64,000 bases of DNA from Burkholderiaceae bacterium (GTDB taxonomy: Bacteria > Pseudomonadota > Gammaproteobacteria > Burkholderiales > Burkholderiaceae_E): assembly GCA_043757735.1 (NCBI GenBank), contig JAYVOV010000314.1, forward strand, positions 542 to 64,541, given 5' to 3'. Below, one piece after another: positions 55,618 through 64,000 of the stretch. A program made the position numbers and the translations under genes. The notes below the pieces were generated by a model, which saw only the letters and a program-made list of their open reading frames with translations, was not told the DNA's origin and searched no databases. Within the stretch, counting starts at the first letter, position 1. Each line of letters opens with the position of its first letter.

Positions 55618-57500
55618 ATCCTTTCGGGGGCCGAGACGCCGATCAGCGCCAGTCCGTTGCGCAGCACCTGCCGCGTCGCCGCCAGCAGTGTCAACCGGGC
55701 GAGGCGCACTGCCGGGTCATCGACAAGAAACCTTTCTGCATTATAGTAACTATGAAGTTCCGATGCTAAGTCTTTGAGATAAAAAGCAATTGCGTGTGGC
55801 GAGAGATCGTCTGCCGCGTCGGCTACCATGGTTGGGAAAGCCGCCAGACGAGCCGCCAGGGCATATTCCCTGGGCAGGGTCAGGGGCGCCAGAACCGCAG
55901 CGGTGTCAGCGGCCCCGCCCAGCGCGGCCAGCACGGCCGCTTCGTCGGGACCACCGCGCTCGGCCGCCTGCGCGAACACGGAACAGATGCGGGCATGCGC
56001 GTATTGCACGTAGTAGACCGGGTTCTCGTCGGTCTGCGCGAGCGCGAGGTCGACATCGAAGACAAATTCGCTGTCGGCTTTGCGCGAGATCAGAAAAAAC
56101 CGCACCGCATCGCGGCCACGCCGCAGCACATCCGCGGGCAAGGCGTTGCCATCCCCCTGCGGAATTCCCTGCGCATCGCCATCGCCATCGCCATCGCCAT
56201 CGCCATCACCATCACCGCCATCACCGCCGCCGCCGCTCCACTCGATGAGATCGCGCAGGGTGACATAACCGCCCGCCCGCTTCGAGATCTTCACCTCTTC
56301 ACCACCACGCATCACGGTGACCATCTTGTGCAGGACGTAATCGGGGAATCCGGCCGGGATGCCCGTGCCCAGCGCCTGCAGGCCGGCCCGCACCCGCGCG
56401 ATGGTCCCGTGGTGGTCTGAACCCTGGACGTTGATGGCCTTCTGGAAGCCGCGCTGCCATTTGGTCACGTGATAGGCGACGTCCGGCACAAAGTAGGTGT
56501 AGCCGCCGTCGGACTTGCGCATCACGCGGTCCTTGTCGTCACCGTAGTCGGTTGTGCGCAGCCAGAGCGCGCCCCCTTCTTCGAATGTCTTGCCGGCCGC
56601 CGTGAGCCCGTGCACCGTCGCTTCGACGCTGCCGTCGGCATACAGCGACGACTCCAGGTAGTAATTGTCGAAGCGCACACCGAAGGCCCGCAGATCGCGG
56701 TCTTGTTCGTTGCGCAGGCAGGCCACCGCGAAGCGGCTGATCGAGTCGAGGTCGTCGGGGTCGCCGGTGCCGGTCACCGGTTCGACGCGCTCGGCCGACA
56801 CCGTCTTGCCGGCCAGGAAATCACGGGCAATCTCGATGATGTAATCGCCGCGATAGCCGGCCGCCGGAAACCGTTCGTCATCGGGCGCGATGCCGCGCGC
56901 CCTGGCCTGAACCGACAAGGCGAGATTGGCGATCTGTGCGCCGGCGTCGTTGTAATAGAACTCGCGCGACACTGCCCAGCCGTTGGCCGCCAGCAACGCA
57001 CACAGCGCGTCGCCCAGAGCGCCTTGCCGGCCGTGGCCGACGTGCAGTGGGCCGGTGGGATTGGCCGACACGAACTCGACCAGCACCGGGCGGCCCGCAC
57101 CACGGGCATTGCGGCCGAAGGCGTCCGCTTCGCGCAGCGCCGCACTCACGACCGCGAGACGCGCCCCCTGCGAAAGCCGGATGTTGATGAAACCGGGGCC
57201 GGCAATCTCGAGCGCGTCGATCAGCCCCGCGCCGTCGTTCGAGGCGTCGAATTCACGCACCCGGCGGGCGAGTTCTTCGGCCAGCTGGCGCGGATTCATG
57301 CGCAGCGGCTTGGCCATCTGGAGCGCGAGATTGCAGGCGAGATCGCCATGGGCCGCCTGCTTCGGACGATCGAGTTCGACGGCAGGCACGACCGGCGCGA
57401 CCGGTGCCGCGGCGCCGAGTTCAGCAGCGCGCGCGGCGATCAGCGCACCGGCCGCATGGCGAAACGTGGCGACGAGCAGTTCTGTCTGATTGGGCAGCAT
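55614..57500 (-). CDS. argS: Arginine--tRNA ligase
   Basis: [14 protein letters not shown] (HIGH), [19 protein letters not shown] (KMSK-like), and C-terminal [16 protein letters not shown]. Confidence 0.9.
   Translation of the reverse strand: MLPNQTELLVATFRHAAGALIAARAAELGAAAPVAPVVPAVELDRPKQAAHGDLACNLALQMAKPLRMNPRQLAEELARRVREFDASNDGAGLIDALEIAGPGFINIRLSQGARLAVVSAALREADAFGRNARGAGRPVLVEFVSANPTGPLHVGHGRQGALGDALCALLAANGWAVSREFYYNDAGAQIANLALSVQARARGIAPDDERFPAAGYRGDYIIEIARDFLAGKTVSAERVEPVTGTGDPDDLDSISRFAVACLRNEQDRDLRAFGVRFDNYYLESSLYADGSVEATVHGLTAAGKTFEEGGALWLRTTDYGDDKDRVMRKSDGGYTYFVPDVAYHVTKWQRGFQKAINVQGSDHHGTIARVRAGLQALGTGIPAGFPDYVLHKMVTVMRGGEEVKISKRAGGYVTLRDLIEWSGGGGDGGDGDGDGDGDGDGDAQGIPQGDGNALPADVLRRGRDAVRFFLISRKADSEFVFDVDLALAQTDENPVYYVQYAHARICSVFAQAAERGGPDEAAVLAALGGAADTAAVLAPLTLPREYALAARLAAFPTMVADAADDLSPHAIAFYLKDLASELHSYYNAERFLVDDPAVRLARLTLLAATRQVLRNGLALIGVSAPERM
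55740..55769 (-). promoter_or_regulatory. Candidate sigma70 promoter embedded in argS codons: TTAGCA-18 nt-TATAAT
   Basis: The -35 is the Leu-Ala codons TTA GCA (55769->55764). The -10 is the Tyr-Asn codons TAT AAT (55745->55740). Local GC is 15/50 over 55741..55790. Confidence 0.35.
56175..56236. repeat. In-frame hexanucleotide microsatellite (ATCGCC x5, ATCACC x3, GCC run) encoding [20 protein letters not shown] inside ArgS
   Basis: Read directly. Confidence 0.9.
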
Positions 57501-57528
57501 GGGGCGGGATTCTCTCAGAACCGCCGGA

Positions 57529-58374
57529 TCAGAAGAGGACCGAACTGAGTTTGCGCCGCCAGGCCGCCACCAGCTGGGGCTGCGAACTGGCCAGATCGAA
57601 AACCTGGATCATCGTCTTTCGGCCGATGTCGTCCTCGAATTTTCGGTCGTGGCGGACGATCTCGAGCAACTGCTCCATCGCCTGCTCCCAAGCCTTGTGC
57701 GCAATGCAGTGCCGGGCCAGCGCAAGGCGGGCCGCCAGATCGGCCGGATTGGCGGCGATGCGCGCGTCGAGCTCCGGCGCGGGGGGCAGGCGGTTTTCTT
57801 CGAGCACCGCCTTCACCTGCGCCGCCAGGGCCTGGGATTGCGGGTCCTGCGCGGCCACCGCGGAGAGCGCGTCGAGCTGAGCCTGCGCGGCCGCCGCGTC
57901 GTCGTCCTCGAGCAGAACCTGCGCATAAGTCAGCCGGGCTTCATCGTTGGCCGGGTCGAGCGCGATCGCCTTCTTCAGGTGCGCCACGCCGATTACCTTG
58001 TCGCCAGCCTGCAAGGCCTGCAGGGCGGCATCGAGCTCGATATCTGCCGGGTTGGGCATGAACCGGTCGATGAACTCGCGCACCTGTCCTTCGGGCAAGG
58101 CCCCCTGGAACTGATCGACCGGGCGCCCGCCGACCACCACGAACACGGTCGGGATCGATTTGATCCGGAAGTGCGTGGCCAGCTCCTTTTGTTCCTCGGT
58201 GTTCACCTTGACCAGCTTGAAGCGGCCCTGGTAGGCCTGCTCCAGCTTCTCGAGCAGGGGCGTGAGCGACTTGCAGGGTCCGCACCAAGGCGCCCAGAAA
58301 TCGACCAGCACCGGCTGCGTCATCGACGCGTCGATGACGTCGGCCTGAAATTTCTCGAGGGTGGTGTCAATCAT
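57529..58374 (-). CDS. Thioredoxin-domain plus TPR-like co-chaperone (YbbN/CnoX family)
   Basis: [14 protein letters not shown], then a helical TPR-like C-terminal half. Confidence 0.85.
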   Translation of the reverse strand: MIDTTLEKFQADVIDASMTQPVLVDFWAPWCGPCKSLTPLLEKLEQAYQGRFKLVKVNTEEQKELATHFRIKSIPTVFVVVGGRPVDQFQGALPEGQVREFIDRFMPNPADIELDAALQALQAGDKVIGVAHLKKAIALDPANDEARLTYAQVLLEDDDAAAAQAQLDALSAVAAQDPQSQALAAQVKAVLEENRLPPAPELDARIAANPADLAARLALARHCIAHKAWEQAMEQLLEIVRHDRKFEDDIGRKTMIQVFDLASSQPQLVAAWRRKLSSVLF

Positions 58375-58550
58375 AGCTGGGCTCCGGACAAACGAAATAG
58401 GGTCGGCGCACGGCGCCGTGAGAGATATGGGGTCGACGCTGCGCGCCGCAAGGGCGCAATGTTGCCACGATGTGCGGGGCCGTCCCGCGGACGCGCTACT
58501 CTCGAGGCTTTGCGGACATGATTTCGCAGCCGCACCACGATGGAGAATTC

Positions 58551-59513
58551 ATGCGACTGCCACACGAGCAGCGACTCGACCGGCCACCCAAGCGGCGACT
58601 CGACCGGCGACTCGACCGGCGCGCATTTCTGGCCGGCCTGCTGGCGGCGGCGCTGCCGGGCTGCACGGCGACTGTCCCCGGCACGCCGGTCGCAGCCATG
58701 CCACTGGCGCCGAACAGCGCGCCGATGGGCATCGAGGAGGTGCCCTATGTCCAGACGCCCCAGACAGTGGTCGACGGGATGCTCGAACTCGCGCAGGTGC
58801 GCGCCGGCGACCGCCTGGTCGATCTGGGCAGCGGCGACGGCCGGGTCGTGATCAGCGCGGCGCGCCGCTTCGGCATTCCAGGGCTGGGCGTCGAGATCGA
58901 TCCGCAGCTGGTCGAGCTGTCGCGCAGGCATGCGCAGGCGGCCGGCGTGGCTGCACTGGCGCGCTTCGCGACCCAGGATCTGTTCGAGACCGACCTGAGC
59001 GGCGCGAGCGTGATCACGCTCTATCTGCTGCCGGACGTGAACCTCGCCTTGCGCCCGCGGCTGCTGCGCCTGGCACCGGGCACGCGGATCGTGTCGCACG
59101 ACTGGGACATGGCCGACTGGCAGCCCGATCGCAGCATCACCCTGCCGGCGCCGAACAAGCCGGTCGGGCGGCTCAAAGAAAGCACGTTGCACCTCTGGAT
59201 CGTGCCGGCCTCGTTCGCCGGTGTCTGGCGGGGCGGCTTCGAGGGCGCGCCGGCAGCGCGCCTGAGCCTGACCATCACGCAGCAATTCCAGGTGGCGACG
59301 ATTGACTGGCGGATCGACGGCAGCCCGCTGGCAGGACTGCCAGATCAGGCGTGGGCCGAAAGCCGGGTGCGGGGCGAGCGCGCGACGTTCCAGCTGCCGA
59401 GCGGGGCTGCGGGCGCATCGGCTGTGATGTCGCTTCGCAATGGGGCCCTGGAAGGGGTGGCCATGACGGCGGCGGGACCGAGAACATGGCGGATCATGCG
59501 CACGCACGCCTGA
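58551..59513 (+). CDS. Class I SAM-dependent methyltransferase domain behind a Tat-type signal and lipobox, plus an uncharacterised C-terminal domain
   Basis: Starts at ATG 58551 with a GGAGAA Shine-Dalgarno. DRRAFLAGLLAAALPGC; motif I LVDLGSGDGRVV. Confidence 0.65.
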   Translation: MRLPHEQRLDRPPKRRLDRRLDRRAFLAGLLAAALPGCTATVPGTPVAAMPLAPNSAPMGIEEVPYVQTPQTVVDGMLELAQVRAGDRLVDLGSGDGRVVISAARRFGIPGLGVEIDPQLVELSRRHAQAAGVAALARFATQDLFETDLSGASVITLYLLPDVNLALRPRLLRLAPGTRIVSHDWDMADWQPDRSITLPAPNKPVGRLKESTLHLWIVPASFAGVWRGGFEGAPAARLSLTITQQFQVATIDWRIDGSPLAGLPDQAWAESRVRGERATFQLPSGAAGASAVMSLRNGALEGVAMTAAGPRTWRIMRTHA

Positions 59514-59624
59514 GCAACCCCTTCGGCAGCTGCCGGCGTACCATGGAAGGCTGACATCCCTATTGACCGCGATGCCCGCTCTCAGATTCCCTCGAGTCCG
59601 GCGGCATGAAGCTTTGAAAACGCG

Positions 59625-61691
59625 ATGGCAAACACTCTCGGATTGATCGCGCTGATGCGAACGGCTGTGTTCGCCATGGCAGTTTGCGTTCTCGCCGGCG
59701 CCCCTGCGGCAGCCTGGGCGGCGCGGCACGCCCTGGTCATCGGCAACAATGCCTATCCGGGCAATGAACTGCGCAGTGCGGTCAACGATGCGCGCGATAT
59801 CGCTGCCGCCTTGAAGCAGGCCGGCTTCGACGTCATGCTCCGTGAAAACACCGGCCGCGACACGATGTTCCAGGCCATCCAGGAATTCGGCACTCGCCTG
59901 CGTGACGGCGATGTCGCGCTCTTCTACTTCGCCGGCCATGCCATCCAGGTCCGCGACCGCAACTACCTGATCCCGGTCGACGCCAAGGTGAAACAGGAAG
60001 ACGACGTCACCTTCTACAGCCTCGATGTCTCCGAAGTCCTGCAGCGCATGGACCGTGCGCGCACCCGCGCCAACATCCTCGTGCTCGACGCCTGCCGCGA
60101 CAACCCCTTCGCCTCGACGGTGCGTTTCACCGCCACAGGCCTGGCCCAGATGAGCGCCCCGCCGGGCACCCTGATCGCCTATGCCACGGCGCCTGGCCAG
60201 GTCGCCCGCGAGGGTACCGGGCGCAATGGTGTCTTCACCAAGCACCTGCTGCGCAACATGACCGCGGCCAACCAGCCGATCGAACTCACGCTCAAGCGGG
60301 TTCGTGAAGGCGTGCTGGCCGACACCAAGGGTCAGCAGGTGCCCTGGGATTCTTCCAGCCTGCGCGGCGATTTCGCGTTCACCGGCGAGGGCGGCAGCGC
60401 CGTCACTGTTGCGCCGGTCTCCGCACCCAGCGTCGATGTCCGCATGAACATCGAACGAACCTTCTGGGAATCGATCAAGGACAGCAGAGATCCCAGAGAA
60501 TTCGACGCGTACATCAATCAGTTCCCCGACGGGGTGTTCGCCATCCTGGCGAAGAGCCGACTGCAGCAGATGTCGAACAACGATGCTGGCAGCCGTCGAT
60601 CCAGTGGTACGCAGGCATCGGCTGCTGCCGCTGGGCCGGCAACTGCGGCATCTGCGCCTGTGACATCTGCGCCTGCTCCTGCACCGGTGGCATTCGCTCC
60701 GGCTCCCACTGCGACGGCCCCGCCTTCGTCTGCGCCGGCACCCGTGGTCGCCAGTTCATTGCCAGCGCCGGCGCCGGCGCCCAGCCCTGCGGCGCGCCCG
60801 GCGCCAACGGTTCTCGCGCAGGCCGAGACCGGTCTGGCGCGCTCGGTTGCACCGTCGGTGCAGGCGCCAGCGGCGGCACCCCAGCAGCTGGCCCTGTTGA
60901 CTCAACCCCAAGCAGCTGCGCCAGGCCCCAAGGTGCTCGCTGACGGCAGCACCTTGTACGGCGAACTCCGCGACGGCAAGGCGCACGGCAAAGGGCGTCT
61001 CGTCAGCAAGACCGGCGGTGACTACAACGGCGATTTCGTAAACGGCATCCGCGAAGGCCAGGGCGAGCAGCGCTGGCTCAATGGCGATCATTACATTGGC
61101 GCGTTCAAGGCGGATCGCCCGAGCGGCCAGGGTGTGATGGTGTTCGCGACGGGAGATCGTTATGAAGGCGGCTTCGAGGCCGGCACTTTCATGGGCGAGG
61201 GCAAGCTGGCCGTGAAGACCGGTTTCCAGTACGAAGGCAGCTTCGTTGCCGGGCGTCGCCAGGGCAAAGGCAAAGCGCGGTTCCCGGAGGGCAACCGCTA
61301 CAGCGGCGACTTCGCCAATGACCTGCCCGCCGGCAATGGCGTCATGGAGTTCGCCGATGGCGCGCGCTACGAAGGTGACTTCACTGACGGGCGCCCTGCT
61401 GGCAAAGGCACTTACCGGTTCCCCGACGGTTCACGTTATGAAGGCGCATTCCTGGCCGGACTGATGTCCGGTCTTGGCGTCTACCACTTCAAGAACGGCG
61501 ATCGCATCGAAGGCCAGTTCGAGAACGGCGCTGCCGCGGGCACTGCCATCCATTTCTTCGCGGCCGGTGGTCGATTCGAGGGCGTGTTCACCGATCAGGG
61601 CCGCAACGCCACCGGCGTGACGATCGATGCGGAGGGAAAACGCCGGCCCGGCAAACTTGAAAGCGGGCAGTTCAAGGCAATCGAGGGCTAA
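59625..61691 (+). CDS. Secreted caspase-family (C14) peptidase fused to an Ala/Pro linker and about 10 MORN repeats
   Basis: Signal peptide; HALVIGNNAY, FYFAGHA (His), VLDACRDNPF (Cys); repeated YxGxFxxGxxxGxG units. Confidence 0.8.
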   Translation: MANTLGLIALMRTAVFAMAVCVLAGAPAAAWAARHALVIGNNAYPGNELRSAVNDARDIAAALKQAGFDVMLRENTGRDTMFQAIQEFGTRLRDGDVALFYFAGHAIQVRDRNYLIPVDAKVKQEDDVTFYSLDVSEVLQRMDRARTRANILVLDACRDNPFASTVRFTATGLAQMSAPPGTLIAYATAPGQVAREGTGRNGVFTKHLLRNMTAANQPIELTLKRVREGVLADTKGQQVPWDSSSLRGDFAFTGEGGSAVTVAPVSAPSVDVRMNIERTFWESIKDSRDPREFDAYINQFPDGVFAILAKSRLQQMSNNDAGSRRSSGTQASAAAAGPATAASAPVTSAPAPAPVAFAPAPTATAPPSSAPAPVVASSLPAPAPAPSPAARPAPTVLAQAETGLARSVAPSVQAPAAAPQQLALLTQPQAAAPGPKVLADGSTLYGELRDGKAHGKGRLVSKTGGDYNGDFVNGIREGQGEQRWLNGDHYIGAFKADRPSGQGVMVFATGDRYEGGFEAGTFMGEGKLAVKTGFQYEGSFVAGRRQGKGKARFPEGNRYSGDFANDLPAGNGVMEFADGARYEGDFTDGRPAGKGTYRFPDGSRYEGAFLAGLMSGLGVYHFKNGDRIEGQFENGAAAGTAIHFFAAGGRFEGVFTDQGRNATGVTIDAEGKRRPGKLESGQFKAIEG

Positions 61692-61891
61692 ACGGCCTGA
61701 ACCGTGGCGTGTTTCAGGGCTCGGGTGTAACTGCTCCCCGGGCAGCGATCAGATAAATGCCGGCTGGTCGCGCCCCGCCAGCCAGCTGTCATTGAAATCT
61801 CCGCGGGTTCTGCGGCATCAATCCCGCCTTCCCAAGTCTCGGAGAACCCGGACACCAGGGCGCGCCAACCGGTGGCAGGGACGGTCATCGC

Positions 61892-62857
61892 CTATTCAGG
61901 CTGAATGCCGGCGGTGCGCGCGTGGCTGCCCCAGCGTTCCTGCTCGGTTTCGACGAAGCGAACGAAGGCCTCGCCGATCAGCAGTGCGGGCTCCATGCCG
62001 ATCGCGCGAAGCTTTTCCTGCACCTCGGGCGTGGCCAGCGTGGCGCGCAGTTTGTCGGCCCACCAGGCGGACACCTCGGGCAGCAGCCGGGCCGGGCCGT
62101 CGATGCCGATCCAGCCGCCCAGGGTGATGGCGGGCAGGCCGGCTTCCTGCGCGGTCGGCACGGTGGGCAGCAGCGCGGAGCGACGCTCGGCGAGCAGCGC
62201 GACCGCATTGAGCCTGCCCTGCTTGAGCAGCGCGAGCACCGCGCCGAGATCGGATGACACGAAGTCGATCTGGCCGCCGATCAGGTCGATGACCGCGGCC
62301 GGCTGACCCTTGTAGGGAACGGGCCGCACCTTGATGCCGGCGGCGTGGCTGAACGCGGCCGAGCCCACCTGCCCGGTGCCCGAACCGAACCCGTAGGTGA
62401 GCGCCTCCGGTCTGGCCCTGGCCGCGTCGATCAGCGCGCGCGCATTCGGGTACGGTCCGGCGGCGGCGGTGACCACCGCGACGTCGAAGCGCACAGTGCG
62501 CGCGATATGGGTCAGTGCGCTCACCGGCTCGAGTTTTTGCACCACCCGCGACAGGTGGGGACCCGACGAATGCGTCGCGCTCGAACTGGGCATCAGCGTG
62601 TAGCCGTCCGGGTCGGCGCGGCTCACCACCTCCATGCCCAGCGCGCCCAGCGCACCCGGCCGGTTTTCGATGACGATGGTGGCGCCGGTGCGCGCACGCA
62701 CGTCATCGAGCACGATCCGCGAGACCACATCGATGCTGCTGCCGGCCGGAAAGCCGACGACGAAGCGGATGGCTTTGGCAGGGTAGGGCTGCGCCACTGC
62801 GCAGGTGGTGCCGGTCAGCAGCACGGCGGCGATCAACGATCTGAACAGCGTTTTCAT
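61892..62857 (-). CDS. Bug-family (TctC-like) tripartite tricarboxylate transporter substrate-binding protein
   Basis: Signal peptide; YPAKAIRFVVGFPAGSSIDVVSRI, VPYKG. Confidence 0.85.
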   Translation of the reverse strand: MKTLFRSLIAAVLLTGTTCAVAQPYPAKAIRFVVGFPAGSSIDVVSRIVLDDVRARTGATIVIENRPGALGALGMEVVSRADPDGYTLMPSSSATHSSGPHLSRVVQKLEPVSALTHIARTVRFDVAVVTAAAGPYPNARALIDAARARPEALTYGFGSGTGQVGSAAFSHAAGIKVRPVPYKGQPAAVIDLIGGQIDFVSSDLGAVLALLKQGRLNAVALLAERRSALLPTVPTAQEAGLPAITLGGWIGIDGPARLLPEVSAWWADKLRATLATPEVQEKLRAIGMEPALLIGEAFVRFVETEQERWGSHARTAGIQPE

Positions 62858-62866
62858 CTCGGGTTC

Positions 62867-64000
62867 CTAGGTCTTGGATTTGCCGCCCGACGCTGCGCTG
62901 GCGCCGAGCAGTTCGTCGGTATGCTCGCCCAGCGAGGGCGCGTGCCGGGTCACGTCGGCGGGTGTCCGCGAGAAATGCACCGGCAGGCCGGTCTGCATCA
63001 GCGTGCCTTCAGTGGGGTGCTCCACCTGCCGCCAGAAGCCCAGGGCCAGCAGGTGCGGATCGTCCAGCAGGCCATCGAGCGAGTTGACCGGCGCGAACGG
63101 GATGTCGGCGGCCGCCAGCAGGGCCAGCCATTGCGCGGTGTTCTTTTGCGCGAGGATTGCATCCAGAAACGCATAGAGCTCGGTGAAGTGCCGGCTGCGC
63201 GCCGACTGCGTGCTGTAGCGCGGATCGCTGGCCATCGCGGGCTCACCGGCCAGCTGGAAGAAGCGCTGCCACTGCCCGTCGGTGTAGGGCACCACGCCGA
63301 TGTAGCCATCAAGCGTGCGAAACGGCCGGCGGAATTCATTGAGCAGTCGCGAATAGCCGGTGCCCCCTTCAGCGGGTACAAAGGTTTTGCCGGCCAGGTG
63401 TTCCACCGCCAGGAAGGACACCATGCATTCGAACATCGGCACCTCGACGGCCTGGCCGACGCCGCTCTTTTCGCGTTCATAGAGCGCCGCGCTGATGGCA
63501 TTGGCGACATACAGCGCGACGACCTTGTCGGCCACCACCGTCTTGACGTACTGCGGCGCGCTGGCGCCGGCATCGCCTTGCAGCCAGGCCACACCGCTGG
63601 CAGCCTGGATGGTGTCGTCCACCGCCGCGCGGCCGGCGTAGGGCCCGCGCTCGGAGTAACCGTAGCAGGTGCAGTGGATCAGACGCGGAAACCGTGCGGT
63701 CAACGTGCCGGCATCGAAACCCAGGCGGCGCAGCGCCGGTGCGCGCATATTCGAGACGAACACATCGGCGCTTTCCAGCAGCGTCATGAGGCCGGCCCGA
63801 CCGATCTCTGACTTGGCGTCCAGGACCACGCTGCGCTTGTTGCGATTGAGGTTCAGGTAGGCATGGCTCATGCCGGCGTGCCGCTGCGGCGTCACGTGGC
63901 GGAACACATCGCCGTCGGCCGATTCGACCTTGATCACGTCGGCGCCAAAATCGCCGAGCAGCTGGGTGGCCATCGGCCCCATGCCAACAGCCGTCAGATC
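62867..64000 (-). CDS. Class III (CaiB/BaiF) CoA-transferase; 5' end outside window
   Basis: Frame is open to the window edge (DLTAVGMGPMATQLLGDFGADVIKVE). GYSERGPYAGRAAVDDTIQAASG. Confidence 0.8.
   Translation of the reverse strand, partial: DLTAVGMGPMATQLLGDFGADVIKVESADGDVFRHVTPQRHAGMSHAYLNLNRNKRSVVLDAKSEIGRAGLMTLLESADVFVSNMRAPALRRLGFDAGTLTARFPRLIHCTCYGYSERGPYAGRAAVDDTIQAASGVAWLQGDAGASAPQYVKTVVADKVVALYVANAISAALYEREKSGVGQAVEVPMFECMVSFLAVEHLAGKTFVPAEGGTGYSRLLNEFRRPFRTLDGYIGVVPYTDGQWQRFFQLAGEPAMASDPRYSTQSARSRHFTELYAFLDAILAQKNTAQWLALLAAADIPFAPVNSLDGLLDDPHLLALGFWRQVEHPTEGTLMQTGLPVHFSRTPADVTRHAPSLGEHTDELLGASAASGGKSKT

Noticed and set aside
58371-60245. 624-aa ORF on the minus strand
   Set aside because: It is antisense to the methyltransferase and caspase genes. 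It is Arg-rich and has no domain signature.
1-64000. Search by eye for CRISPR arrays, tRNA/rRNA genes, IS elements, integrases and prophage or defence islands
   Set aside because: None found. No spaced repeat arrays, no cloverleaf-like conserved tRNA motifs in intergenic regions, and no transposase-, integrase- or phage-like ORFs. The only mobile-element-like trace is the decayed vapB.

Overview
High-GC chromosomal segment. Its gene content (a Bug/TctC binding protein, many CoA-transferase, thiolase, crotonase and SDR paralogues) suggests a Burkholderiales/Comamonadaceae-like betaproteobacterium; that assignment is inference. I call about 55 protein genes and find no rRNA, tRNA, CRISPR array or IS/transposase. 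Housekeeping blocks: ybbN-argS-SPOR(ftsN-like)-dsbA-btuF-like-rlpA; rsmI divergent from yraN-SIS-BON(dolP-like); rhlE; otsA-otsB divergent from a GH15 hydrolase; an MCE/Mla-type ABC operon. The rest is mostly acyl-CoA and aromatic catabolism. Main observations: (1) a clear yybP-ykoY (Mn2+) riboswitch on the minus strand that points away from the neighbouring TerC-USP gene and into a tiny ORF plus an HTH-only LysR fragment; (2) an SDR-like protein with both halohydrin-dehalogenase signature motifs; (3) a trehalose-6-P synthase fused to a two-TM, periplasmic-loop N-terminal module; (4) a 74-codon collapsed crotonase relic joined by ATGA overlaps to both neighbouring genes; (5) a 30%-GC patch inside the argS 3' end that spells a near-consensus sigma70 promoter; (6) a secreted caspase-MORN protein; (7) gene-fragment junctions, an orphan VapB antitoxin, and many short tandem duplications, several sitting on stop codons. 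All functional calls rest on motif recognition by eye; no database search was possible.
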